Source: Mobula hypostoma
Lineage: Eukaryota
Direction of reading: 5' to 3'
DNA length: 64,000 nt
Assembly (NCBI RefSeq): GCF_963921235.1
Contig: NC_086097.1
Coordinates: 213,406,001 to 213,470,000 of the forward strand
The translations under genes were made by a program, and so were the position numbers. Of the stretch, positions 38,143 through 51,139 are shown piece after piece. Numbering within the stretch: the stretch's first letter is position 1; each line of letters begins with the position of its first letter. The notes beneath the pieces were generated by a model, which saw only the letters and a program-made list of their open reading frames with translations, did no database searches and was not told the DNA's origin.

Positions 38143-38802
38143 CCTGGAAATCCAACCAACACACACAAAATACTGGAGGAACTCAGCAAGCCAGACAGCA
38201 TCTGTAGTTAAAAAAAAAAGTACAGTCAACGTTTCAGGCTGAAACCCTTCAGGAGGACTGGAGGAAAAAAAGATGAATAGTTTTAAAAGATAGGAAAGGG
38301 GAGGAAGAAACAATAGGTGATTGGTGTAACTGGGAGGTGGAGGGGTGAAGTAAAGAGCTGGGAAGTTGATTGGTGAAGGAGATATAGGGCTGGTGAGGGG
38401 GGAATTTAATAGGAGAGGACAGATGGCCATGGAAGAAAGAAAATGGGGGAAGAGGGAGGCAATGGGCAGGCAAGGAGGTCAGGTGAGAGAGAGAAAAGGG
38501 GATAGGGAATGGTTTGGCGGGGGGGGGGGCATTACCGGCGGTTTGAGTAATTGATGTTCGTGCCATTAGGTTGGAGGCTACCCAGACGGAATATCAGGTG
38601 TTGTTTTTGCAACCTGAGTGTGCCATCATCGAGACAGTGGAGGAGGCCATGGATTGACATCGGAATGGGAAGGGGAAGTGGAATTAAAATGGATGGCCAA
38701 CGGGAGATCCCACTTCTTCTTGCGGATGGATTGTCATTGCTTAGTGAAGTGGACTACCGGCCTGCATTGGGTCTCACTGATATACAGGAGGCCGCACCTG
38801 GG
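38143..38802 (-). mobile_element. Penelope 3' fragment
   Basis: Collinear with about 18560-19210. Another terminal remnant at about 37712-37835. Confidence 0.82.
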
Positions 38803-38917
38803 AAATCCAGCTATTAGTCTGACAAATTTAACAGTACAATCCTTCAAAGATCATATATCCTCAATATACCCAGTGCTGTTCCTGTTTATTCCAGGCTTAG
38901 CCTAATTGGGCTCTTGC

Positions 38918-40882
38918 AAGTGAGGTGGAAAATCTAGTCAGGTGGAAGAAGGCAGCATACATGAGGTTTAGGAAGCAAGGATCAGATGGGTCTATTGAGG
39001 AATATAGGGAAGCAAGAAAGGAGCTTAAGAAGGGGCTGAGAAGAGCAAGAAGGGGGCATGAGAAGGCCTTGGCGAGTAGGGTAAAGGAAAACCCCAAGGC
39101 ATTCTTCAATTATGTGAAGAAAAAAAGGATGACAGGAGTGAAGGTAGGACCGATTAGAGATAAAGGTGGGAAGATGTGCCTGGAGGCTGTGGAAGTGAGC
39201 GAGGTCCTCAATGAATACTTCTCTTCAGTATTCACCAATGAGAGGGAATTTGATAATGGTGAGGACAATATGAGTGAGGTTGATGTTCTGGAGCATATTG
39301 ATATTAAGGGAGAGGAGGTGTTGGAGTTGCTAAAATACATTAGGACAGATAAGTCCCCAGGGCCTGATGGAATATTCACCAGGCTGCTCCACGAGGCGAG
39401 AGAAGAGATTGCTGAGCCTCTGGCTAGGATCATTATGTCCTCGTTGTCCACGGGAATGGTACCGGAGGATTGGAGGGAGACGAATGTTGTTCCCTTGTTC
39501 AAAAAAGGTAGTAGGGATAGTCCGGGTAATTATAGACCAGTGAGCCTTGCGTCTGCGGTGGGAAAGCTGTTGGAAAAGATTCTTAGAGATAAAATCTCTG
39601 GGCATTTAGAGAATCATGGTCTGATCAGGGACAGTCAGCATGGCTTTGTGAAGGGCAGATCGTGTCTAACAAGCCTGATAGAGTTCTTTGAGGAGGTGAC
39701 CAGGCATATAGATGAGGGTAGTGCAGTGGATGTGATCTATATGGATTTTAGTAAGGCATTTGACAAGGTTCCACATGGTAGGCTTATTCAGAAAGTCAGA
39801 AGGCATGGGATCCAGGGAAGTTTGGCCAGGTGTATTCAGAATTGGCTTGCCTGCAGAGGGTGGTGGTGGAGGGAGTACATTCAGATTGGAGGATTGTGAC
39901 TAGTGGTGTCCCACAAGGATCTGTTCTGGGACCTCTACTTTTCGTGATTTTTATTAACGACCTGGATGTGGGGGTAGAAGGGTGGGTTGGCAAGTTTGCA
40001 GACGACACAAAGGTTGGTGGTGTTGTAGATAGTGTAGAGGATTGTCAAAGATTGCAGAGAGACATTGATAGGATACAGAAGTGGGCTGAGAAGTGGCAGA
40101 TGGAGTTCTACCCGGAGAAGTGTGAGGTGGTACACTTTGGAAGGACAAACTCCAAGGCAGAGTACAAAGTAAATGGCAAGATACTTGATAGTGTGGAGGA
40201 GCAGAGTGATCTGGGGGTACATGTCCACAGATCCCTGAAAGTTGCCTCACAGGTGGATAGGGTAGTTAAGAAAGCTTATGGGGTGTTAGCTTTCATAAGT
40301 CGAGGGATAGAGTTTAAGAGTCGCGATATAATGATGCAGCTCTGTAAAACTCTGGTTAGGCCACACTTGGAGTACTGTGTCCAGTTCTGGTCGCCTCACT
40401 ATAGGAAGGATGTGGAAGCATTGGAAAGGGTACAGAGGAGATTTACCAGGATGCTGCCTGGTTTAGAAAGTATGTATTATGATCAGAGATTACGGGAGCT
40501 AGGGCTTTACTCTTTGGAGAGAAGGAGGATGAGAGGAGACATGATAGAGGTGTACAAGATAATAAGAGGAATAGATAGAGTGGATAGCCAGCGCCTCTTC
40601 CCCAGGGCACCACTGCTCAATACAAGAGGACATGGCTTTAAGGTAAGGGGTGGGAAGTTCAAGGGGGATATTAGAGGAAGGTTTTTTACTCAGAGAGTGG
40701 TTGGTGCATGGAATGCACTGCCTGAGTCAGTGTTGGAGATACACTAGTGAAGTTTAAGAGACTACTAGACAGGTATATGGAGGAATCTAAGGTGGGGGCT
40801 TATATGGGAGGCAGGGTTTGAGGGTCGGCACAACATTGTGGGCCGAAGGGCCTGTACTGTGCTGTACTGTTCTATGTTCTAT
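38918..40882 (+). mobile_element. Young 5'-truncated CR1 LINE (RT domain in two frames)
   Basis: ORFs 38925-39899 and 39830-40747 carry PGNYRPVSL, QHGFVKGRSCLT, DFSKAFDKV, GVPQGSVLGP and KFADD; tail CTGTACTGTTCTATGTTCTAT. Confidence 0.95.
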
Positions 40883-43800
40883 AACTCTGGCATTATTTCT
40901 ATCCTTTTGTAGTTTAGCACCTTGGGTATTAAGGTCAATATTCCATTGAGTGTTTTTTTATTTTTTTTAAATTTTTTTATTAGTGATGCTTTAAGATCCA
41001 TGCATGGTTCCTCAAATTGTCTTTGTACTCTTGCTGCTTTTAGACTTTCACCCTTTGGGGGGTATTCTGCTTTATCCTTGTTGGTCTAGGGTGGATGATG
41101 TTTGTCTATACAACAGGCAGCCTTTGCCCAAATTTTGACCATTGTGTAGCCTATTCATTTCTTTGTAATTTCCACTACCCGCGATTCTGCTCATCTGTTA
41201 TTTATGTATATTTAATGTCTCTTTGTTATAAAAGCTATTAGTTTAGTGGTAAGGCCATGGCGCAGATACTTACAGACTACCAGTTACCAGTAGTTGTATT
41301 TTGCTTGCTCAGAGACTCAACTGTATTAGCCATCTATTCACCCAGCCGATTTTTTTTTAACCGTGATTATAACTTGCTTTCAATTCCAAGACCTTCATAG
41401 TCTTAGATGTGCGCGTGTCCTTAAAAACCATCCAGAAGTGTTTATAAATAACATCTTTTCATAATTCTAGAAAATTTTATGCTTATCAAATTCTCAGAAT
41501 GGGATTTGTTTATTGTTGTCATATGTACCGAGATGCAGTGAAAACTTTGTCTTGCCTACTGTTCATATATAGAGATAGTGCATGGTGCAGTAAAAGCACC
41601 TTGAAAATCTTTTTAACCAGTATTTCCCTCATATCCCACTGTGCGCACTCTGCTTCAATCTTGATGACACCCCATTCTAGCAAGAAAAGTCATTTGACAA
41701 GTGAAAAAAGAAGTCATTGAAGCAGAAAGTCTGTGGTGAACTATTAAATATGGCAAAGAACCACTTCTGGTATCATCTTGTCCAGAAATTACCATACCCA
41801 GGAAGGGATGGGAATGCTGAGGAATACTGGAGTCGCTATTATCAGGCCATTTTCAAGAAAGGAGATAGTCTGGTAGTGGTTATTACAGAGGGCAGTCTTG
41901 CCATTTGCTGCAGGAAAAGTTATCACATCGTCCTCAAATGCTTCATTCCACTGTTAGTGCTGATTCTGTCCAAGCGGTAAATGAACAAGTTTTCCATCAT
42001 ACAACAAATTCAATGTCTTAAAAATGCAAAAAGCAGCACACGTCACTGTGCTCGTTTTGTTTTAAATTAACTTCACAGAAGCCTTTATGGAAATGATAAA
42101 GAATCCTCATTTAGCTGTCATGAGAAAGCTGTTAAAATTCTACATATATTACATAAATGACATACAAACCTTGAACCTAACCACATGCAGTCCTCATGCA
42201 AGCTAGTGTCATTGCACCAATTTTGCTCCTGACTGTAAAATTGCACTTCACATCAGGCAAGCTCCCTGGTGGCGTGCAGCTGACCAGTATACCACATGGG
42301 AAAATGTTAACACCCTTTTCCCTCTCTAGAATCATAATCACCTTAACCTTGGTCATTAGGCTATACCATATAGGGACTAGAATACAAGGGTAATGAGGCT
42401 TTACAAGGCATTGATCAGAACACATTTGGAATATTGAGTAGCTTTGGGCCCCTTATCTAAGAGCAGATGTGATGGCATTCGAGAGGTTGACAAGAATAAT
42501 TCCAGGAATGAATGAGTTAATGTATGAGGAGCATTTAGTTCTGAGTCTATACTCGCTGGAGTTTAGAAAAATGATGGGAGAAGGGATTTCATTGAAATCT
42601 GTTGAATATTGTATGGCTTAGAGTGAATACGGAAAAGATGTTTCTTATGGTGGGTGAGTCAGCGACCAGAGGGCACAGCCTCAGAACAGAGGGATGTCTA
42701 TTTAGAACAGAGGTGAGGAAGAATTTCTTTAGCCGAAGGGTGGTAAATCTGTGGAATTCATTGCTACAGCTGAGGCAATTCATCGGATGGCTATGAAGGC
42801 TAGCCATTGAGTATATTTAAAACAGAGGTTGGTAGGTTCTTAATTAGTCATGATGTCAAAAGTTACGATAAATCAGGAGACTGGGATTGAGAGGGATAAT
42901 AAATTAGACATGATGGAATGCTGGAGCAAACTTGATGGGGTGAATGGCCTAGTTCAGCTCCTATGTCTTATGGTCTTATGGAACACTTTCATGTGTTCAT
43001 TTAATGGCTGATCATGAAATCATCACTGCTCAGTGAAGCATAAAAAGATGGGTCTTGCATTCATTGTCCAAAGTCAAAGGTATTTCACCAATATGCCTTT
43101 CTACATAATTGATATCTATATTGTCATCTGAAAAGATTGCTCACATTCTTTAACCTAGACAACTTTCAGCACAGACAGGCATTGATGGGGTGCTCCTCCA
43201 CTGCTGCAGTTGACTAAAGCAGTGTTAGTGCCTGTCAAGATCTCAAATCCACCACAAGCTGTATGGTTTGCTGAACAACGATGATCTCCATTGTCCTGTA
43301 TCAGAGACATGGGCAATCTCATTAGGCACATCAAAGTATCAGTCAAGTACCATACTTGCCACCTTTGCTAAATTCTAAGTGGGATGCCAGCATAGATGAA
43401 ACAAATATGTGAAGGACAGGCCAACATCCTCAGTCTGGTTGACATTAGATTCTTGAAATGCTCACTATCCTGAGATCTGCAAGACAAGATATTTCCTGTG
43501 GGAAGCAGAGAAAACTCCACAAATGTTGTATCTCATGATAAAATGCAACATTCCTGGCCCAAAATAGAGGCGTTTGAAAAGACTCTGGGCATCTCAAATC
43601 TGTGTCAGGAGTGCAAAGGGGATAACTGTGAATATTGGAAGTAGAACACAATTTATCTGAAAGCCCAACCATCTTTCCCTAAAGCACCATCTGCCTCTTC
43701 TATGGCAGGTTCGCTTAAAATTCAATTACTATCAAAGCAAGAGAGGGAAGAGGAAGAGATCACATTTGGTACATGATGGTGGAGAAGGGAGAATGAGATG

Positions 43801-45600
43801 CAGGAAGATGACTGCAGCTGCAGTAATTGCAAGACTGGCAAAAGCATAATTCGCATGTAAGGAAATCTTTTGCTGAAAGACCTTTGAAGAGAGGAAAGCT
43901 GAAATATTCTAACAGGGTTGTTATCAGGAAATCCCAATTTTTTTTTTCTGTTGACTACAGGACAGAAAATAGAGTATTTTGCTCTGGAAAGCACATCTAC
44001 TTTTAAACTCAGCAGCAATAACACAGTTGTATACTTGTACTTGTGTATGCAAACCCAACTACCCCTGTCTCGTGTGGACTGATCTCATTGCTGTGCGCTC
44101 TAAAAGTAGCAAGCTTCAAGTGAAAGTTTGATTAAAATAGATTTGCCTTTAGCCAAATCTACAGTTTGTTTAAATTAGTTCCAAATGGTGAAAAAGCGAA
44201 AGCACATGAGTCTAATGAAAAGCAGCAAAGTGGAGCCAACATTGAGATGGTGCCATGAGTATATTTGTGATTATGAAGTGTGTTACGAGGATTCCACAAA
44301 GCTCAGTGATTTAAATGTTGATTTCAGAATTTACAGATGGAAAAAAAAGCTGTGCAGTTGATTGGAGAAAGGCTTTAGATAGCAGGAGGATAAGATTGAT
44401 TATCTGCACAGATGAGAGGCAATTGTATTTGAACCAAGGAAAAGTGAGATAATGCATTTCAGTTGTTCAGCAAGACAAGCTACAATAAAATGGAGGATAT
44501 TGATAAGTGTGGAGCAAAGAGATCTTGAAATACATGTCCTTAAGTTCTTTAAAGGTGGCAGGGCAGGTAAAGTGACTAAAATATCATGTATGATCCTTTT
44601 ATGTGGGGACTTGCTACAAAAACAGGAAGGTATTGTAAATACAATCTAGAATGCGCTGTCAGGTGATGGTTATAAAGATATATATTTTGTAAAGGTAAAT
44701 GAGCAGAAGGCTGAGTGAGACTAGCATGGCAAGGACTGGTATTCTCTTTAGATGGTGGTCATTCATGCTATAGCATAATTGTGAACCTTTCTTTCCTTTG
44801 TCTTCCACTCCCTCCTTGCCACACATTGGTAGAAAATAAGATAAGGTATATAGTTCTTGTGAATGAGTAGTCAGAATACATTGGTTGCTCACTTGGACAT
44901 GTTGTCTCGATGCTTTTTTTGAAGTGTTAACTGTTTATGTGCAATCTTATTAATTTCTTGTGATTGACGCTTCTAAACATTGAACAATGACCAGAACTTT
45001 AAGTTAAGGTGAAACTTGTGAAGCCAAAGATCAAGGTAGGTGAGTATTTTCAGGAGAGAAAAATCTGGGGCACAAATGTCATTTTTGTCTTGATTAGTAC
45101 ATGAACAGCTGATGTGTAATGCTGCAATGGTTATAGGTAAAATCACATTCTGTTATCATGATGGTTATTTAAATGTTCTGCTTATGACATATATTAGTGA
45201 CGTCAATGAAAATCACCATAAATACAAAAAATGTAAGTCTCCAACTTTTATGAATAAATTAGACTGTTGAACTATATTACTAAATCACCTTTTTTTCATC
45301 CGTGGGCAATGGTGGAAATCGTTGAGAGCACTATTTTTAAGAAGTCCTGGTTGAAATTTAGGGGGTTACTTTGAGAACTACAGAAGAATTAGAATTACAA
45401 TATTTGGTCAAAGACCCAACCCACCCCATCCTAATCTGATATATTTTGCAAATTCGATCTGGTTTGAGAATGGGTTAAAATTTGTCAAGTATAAAACCAA
45501 GTGATATATTATCTGATGACAAATAAGGTTTGTTCACTATTTCAAACAGTATTAATGAGACTTTTTAATTTATCTTTTATTTTCTTTCACATCTTTTTAG

Positions 45601-45959
45601 TTGCTTTCAAATACATTGGCTGATACTCAATCAGACATGACTCAGATTAGTGGGCAAAACTCTCAATTAGCAACTGGAGAAGAACGACAAAAGTCACTGG
45701 ATCAGCAGCGAATGCAAGAGAAAGCCAATCGCATTGTAGCTGAGGCCATTGCTAAGGCTAAAGCTCGGGGTGAGCAAAACATTCCCAAGGTGATTGACCA
45801 ACTGGTAATCTCTAGCACAGCAGTGGATAATTCAACAGAAGAGAAAAAGAAAAAGAAAAAACCAAAAGAAAAGAAAGACCCCAAGGAGTCCAAAGAAGCA
45901 AAGGAAAAGAAACCCAAGTCTACAGCAACCACTAAGATCAAAAGTAACAAGAATGCAAG
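45601..45959 (+). CDS. CHD7: CHD7 next coding exon (359 nt, phase 0 in, phase 2 out), lysine-rich region
   Basis: LLSNTLADTQSDMTQISGQNSQL...STEEKKKKKKPKEKKDPKESKEAKEKKPK resembles recalled CHD7 exon 3 (DMTQVSGPNAQL...SQEEKKKKKRSKAKKDPKEPKEPKEKK). Donor AAG|GTAGGA at 45960. Confidence 0.9.
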
Positions 45960-46847
45960 GTAGGAAAGTAAATCCTGTTTTATGGTAGTACAGAACTTTT
46001 TGAAGTGCTTTTTACTGGTAAAGTTAAAATGCTGCAAATTTGTCATACCTAGAAGCTGCTGAAATGTTTTGCCTGCGTGTGGTGGGGGGCAATTCCTCCA
46101 ACCAAGTGATTTATTACTGCTGTACTAAGGTGTCCGAAGTAAAATAATATCCTGTATAAATATTTCATCAGAAATAAAAGCTGTTGAGAAAGCATAGTAT
46201 GGGAAGCTGAACATTTTGATACAATTTATCAAGCTCATAAGAGCAGTTCCTTAAGTAATCAAAAATGAAAATAAAGTGTGGAGAGTTATTGCTAATGAAA
46301 AAACCTACAAAGGAAGTGGATTTCCATTCACGCATTAATACAGAGTACTACTATACCCAGTAGCCCTTGTTGTATTGTAACATTAGTATCATCATTCATC
46401 ATCATTGCTCTCAAATTGACAGCTACAGTACTTGGGGATTTCCATGCAAGTGCAGATTAACAGAAATTTCCAAGTTGCTATCAGTGCTCCTTTATGGATT
46501 GTGATGTTAGCAGGCTTGAATGCACAGTTCAGTTGACATGAATTAGTTATTTATAAAACACACAATGTAAACATCTTGAATATCTTATATAGACTTTATA
46601 AACCAAAGTGAGAGCTTTTAGTGACATTCTAAATCATATACTTCAGCAGACTAATACTGCTCTAAAAGGTGAGTTTGTATGGTAATTATTTCACATAGGA
46701 TTTTTAATTTAGTTTTCAATTTCTATCTGTATCATCTGTCCATTCTCCTAACATTTAGCATCCTGTATAATTGTTGCTGCCCAATAAACTGATTTCACAA
46801 ATTATTTTAATGTGATCTGGTGCTTAGCCAGCATGATATTAAAACTA

Positions 46848-47055
46848 AACGCAAAATACTCTGCAGATGCTGGGGTCAAAGCAACACTCACAACACACTG
46901 GAGGAACTCAGCAGGTCGGGCAGCATCCGTGGAAATGATGAGTCAACGTTTCAGGCCGGAACCCTTTGTCAGGACTGACGAAGGGTTCCGGCCCGAAACG
47001 TTGACTCATCGTTTCCACGGATGCTGCCTGACCTGCTGAGTTCCTCCAGCGTGTT
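46848..47055. mobile_element. Fold-back Penelope-terminus insertion (81-bp arms) with 15-bp TSD
   Basis: Arms 46892-46972 and 46975-47055; ATGATATTAAAACTA at 46833-46847 and 47056-47070. Confidence 0.9.
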
Positions 47056-48544
47056 ATGATATTAAAACTATTGGACATGGCATACTTTTCAAAAGATCAT
47101 TGATAGCAATTGAAGGAATTAGGTTGTCACCACAGAAATTTGGTGTGTGAGTCGCTTTCAAAGTTGGACTAGTTGATCTTTGCTGTTAACTGCAAATTCC
47201 CCCTGTCAAAAAAAAAGGAGGCTGGGGTTATAGGAAGGGATAAGAAAAGGATGCTGCATAAAAATTGTAGTACTGTAATATTCATTAATTCATTTGATCT
47301 TAATCAGTATTTACAGCATTTATCCAGAGGTTAAGACAACAGTAAAAGGAAAAATTGACATTATATGGTGTTGCATTAAAAGTATTCATCAGTTCTGTTT
47401 TGTAAATTTACTAAAGTGATCCTTTCATTTAACTTAGAATATTAAAGTTAAAAATAAGTTTCTTTAAAAAGGGTCTTTGGTTATTTTGATATTGATTATG
47501 ATTACTGTATATGGTAAAGATAAGAAAGTGCTTAACGGGGTGTGTGGTCTTTCAAAGAGCATTGGATCAATGAAATGTAATTTTGCCTTGAAAATCAAAA
47601 ACTGCAGGTGCAGGAAATCGGAAATAAAAATAGAAAATGCCACACACATTCATCAGATCAGACCACATCTACGAAAAGGAGACTGTGGAGACATTTCATC
47701 ATCGGCCTTTGTCAAAACCAGAAAGGAGAAAAGAGTTTTCAAGTGTACAGAGTGTGGGTGGGAAGTGGGGGACAATGGGATCAAATGACTTGGTGGCTCT
47801 TAGGAGACAGTCTTCTATTTTGTGTTGCTAGTAACAAACCCGTGTGACATGACCGGCATGTAATAGAAGGAGAAAAACAAAACCAAATGGGCAGTTCTGA
47901 TATAGACAAGAATTCAATATCAAGTCCTGAAGGCTTCATTGTCTTTTTTAGAAAGAGGATGAGCAGTGTTCGTTAAGGTTGTGTTAGGCATCTATCGTAA
48001 CAGACCAGGATTACAGATACAAGTCACAGTGGGATTGGAATGGTATTTTAAGATGGCAGGCAACAGGTGTTTTGCAAAAAAAAACAGGTCACTGAAATAA
48101 GAAATAGACCAAGCTGTTACACAGTCCACTAGTGCAAATGATAGGTTAGCTATTTTGATGTCTTGATTTATTTTCTTGCTGTGCAACAGGAAATGCTTCA
48201 GTTTTGTACTAATGGATAAATGGCGACAAACTTGCTATCTGGTGAAATTGGAGCACATGCCCAACATTCATTCAAGAATTTGTATATTGCACATAGCTAA
48301 TTTTCTCAATATCTCACAGCAAAATTTGTGGAGTCGGCAATTTATTAAGCAAAATTGTAATAGGCTTATTTATCTCTGAGTTGGATCCTCTTTGGTTGTG
48401 GTATACAGCTTTGCACAAACTTGTATATTTGTATTTATGTTAGCTGAAATTCTGCTTGGTCTGGACAGTACTCATTGGTGTAGCAGAGTTGTTTCTGTTG
48501 TATGGAAGGCAAAAGTGGAAGTCCTGCATGTCCTAAAAACATTG

Positions 48545-48922
48545 GAGACAAGACACTGCAGGTGCAGAAATTTGGAGCAAAAAAATAACTGGTACAGGAA
48601 CGTCTGTGGAGGAAAATGGACAGGTGATGCTTTATTCAGTGCCCTTTTGGATTGAAAGAGTGGAGAGGAGATGGCCATTACAAAGCAGTGAGGTGGAGGG
48701 CTGGGGCAAATAATGTGCATCCAGTAGAGGAGGATTTGATTGGAAAATGAAGCCAGATGGAGGGAAGGAAGAGTGGAGATAGTGATGGAGGTGGAGGAAC
48801 AATGGAAGAAAGGTTGAAGGCTGGAACCAAGGGAAATGAACAAATGGAAACTGAGGAAGGGGATCAAGTAGATATGTGTGAGTGGCAAATAGGGTAGTGG
48901 AAAGGGGAGGAGATGGGGTGTT
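48545..48922 (-). mobile_element. Divergent Penelope-like terminal fragment
   Basis: ACTGCAGGTGCAGAAAT start and a purine-rich body like other Penelope ends; related piece at about 47600-47770. Confidence 0.5.
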
Positions 48923-49352
48923 CATAGAACATAAAACATGGAAATCTACAGTTTATTACAGGCCCTTTGGCCCACAATGTTGTGCTAACCATGTAACCTA
49001 CTCTAGAAACTGCCTAGAATTTCCCTAGCGCAGAGCCCTCTATTTTTCTAAGCTCCATGTACCTATCTAAGAGGCTCTAAAAAGACCATTTTGTATCTGC
49101 CCCTACCACCTTCACTGGCAGTGCATTGCACGCACCCTCTACTCTCTGTGTGGGAAAAACTTACCTCTGACATCCCCTTGGTAACTATTTTGAAACACCT
49201 TAAAACTGTGCCCCCTCGTGTTAGCCATTTCTGCCCTGGGAAAAAGCCTCTGGCTATCCACACGACTAATGCCCCTCATCAACTTGTATACCTCTATCAG
49301 GTCACCTTTGTCACTCCAAGGAGAAAAGGCCAAGTTCACTCAACCTATTCTC
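48923..49352 (-). mobile_element. CR1 LINE 3' end
   Basis: Minus strand GDLIEVYKLMRGISRVDSQRLFPRAEMANTRGHSFKV; tail CATAGAACATA. Confidence 0.9.
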
Positions 49353-50464
49353 ACAAAGTTGATTGGAAATAAGCATACCATATCCATATGTGGCAGTGGG
49401 CTAGTAGATTGGAATGTAGTAATAAGCATTTTCTTTACACGTATAGAGAATTTAAATTTAGAGCTTTTAGCCCAGATGAATTATATTGAAAGGTTAATTA
49501 TCAAGTCATAAGTTCAAAACTAGGTTACTAATTACATCATTCTTGCAATCAGTTTCTGCATCCCTAATGTGTATCAAGGAACAAGTGAATGCAAGCAGGT
49601 TATAGTGTTAAATACTCTTTTTACCTGAGCCCATTTTGTATCTCAAACTTATAATTATATACTCTCTAAAGAATTGAGTAGTTATGTACATATGCATAAG
49701 AAATTCAATAAAAGGCCACTGCAGAGAGAGAAAAAGATAGCAGCTGTAGTCAGTACAAATAAAATCTTAATATTTATTCTGTATTGTCCATTGCTTTAAA
49801 TCTCTTAAGTTTGGAATTACATTGTACTGATGTTATTCCTCACCTGAGTTTATATTTAATCATGTGAAGCTATAACAGGCTAACCCATATATTAGATAAC
49901 AAAACTTCCACCTTAGCTACACCTTTAACGTGCTGGAGGAACTCTGCAAGTTGGGCAGCATCTATGGATGTTTTGGGCTAAGACTTTTCATCAGAACATC
50001 AAAACCTCAAGATCAACATCAAGATATCACGACATCTGTAGAATACCTTGATTGCTTCATTGTAGCTATCATTTTAGGGAGCAAGGCAGTGTCCGTTGCT
50101 TTCAAATTTGAATCTGTTATTCCATGCATTTATATCCTAACAACAGTTATTTCCACATCATCTGTCCCTTCTTTAAATTGAGAGTAAAACATGTTAATCA
50201 CTGGCCTGTTACAGGAAGTGCTAAAGATGATATTGGCAAACACAAGAAAATCTGCAGATGCTGGAAATACAAAACAACACACACAAATTGCATTTTTTCT
50301 CCTTATCTCCTTTATATTTGAATCTCCATTTCCTTGTATCCGTCAATCATATGGAAGGAGCAATTCTATTCTACTCGTCGATTAAGTTTTTAATATATTT
50401 ATAACTTTATGGTAATGAGCAGTTGAACTGTCACAATAGGTCGACAGATGTGTGCAATTACACT

Positions 50465-51135
50465 GACTCTTCACCTGGCCTTGGACCACCTGGACAAGTG
50501 TCAGGCTGCTGTTTATTGATTAGAAATCACTGTTCAACACCATCAGACCCTCAGTACTAATCAACAAGCTTCAAAACTTGGATCTCTGTATCCCAGTCTG
50601 CAACTGGATCCTTAACTTCCTCAATAGAAGACCATAGTCAGTGCGGGTTGGAGATAACATCCCCTGCTAACTGGCAGTGAACGTCGTCGCTCTGCAAGGA
50701 TGTGTGTTTAGTCAACTGCTTTATTCTCTCTACACCAACAGCTGCATGGCTAGGCACAGCTCAAACACTATAAATTTGTCGATGACATATTTGTTGTTGG
50801 CACAATCTCAGATGGTGACAAGGAGGCATACAGGAGTGAGATAGATCAGTTGGTTGAACAGTGCAATAGCAACCATCCACTCAGCCAGTAAGACCAAGGA
50901 ATTGATTGTGGACTTCATTAAGAAAAGTAACGTGAGTGAACAAAACCAGTCCTGATCAACAGTGCAAAGGGTGACCCATTGCAAGTTCCTGGGTGTCAAC
51001 ATCACTGAAGATCTATCCTGAGCCCAACATATTGATGCAATTTTTAAAAAGGCATGATAGTGGCTATATTTCATTAGATATTTGAGATCTGGTATATCAC
51101 CAAATACCAACAGATGTACTATGGCAAACATGTGA
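50465..51135 (+). mobile_element. Rex1/Babar LINE RT fragment
   Basis: LHLALDHLD, RLLFID, CNWILNFL, QGCVFSQLLYSLYT and KFVDD remnants. Confidence 0.75.
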
Positions 51136-51139
51136 ATTC

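Larger units (their letters stand above)
6880..45600 (+). other. CHD7: CHD7 intron (38,721 nt, GT-AG, phase 0)
   Basis: GTGAGT donor; long polypyrimidine tract ending TTTTTAG at 45600; joins the two exons in frame. Confidence 0.85.

Noticed and set aside
41740..43720. Very decayed RTE-like fragments (also about 24240-24720)
   Set aside because: Only isolated motifs such as IFKKGD; boundaries cannot be supported.
45968..45973. Alternative donor GTAAAT just after the exon
   Set aside because: Its use would include the in-frame TAG at 45961-45963.
45702..46046. Hydrophobic minus-strand ORF resembling a membrane protein
   Set aside because: Antisense shadow of the Lys/Glu-rich exon.
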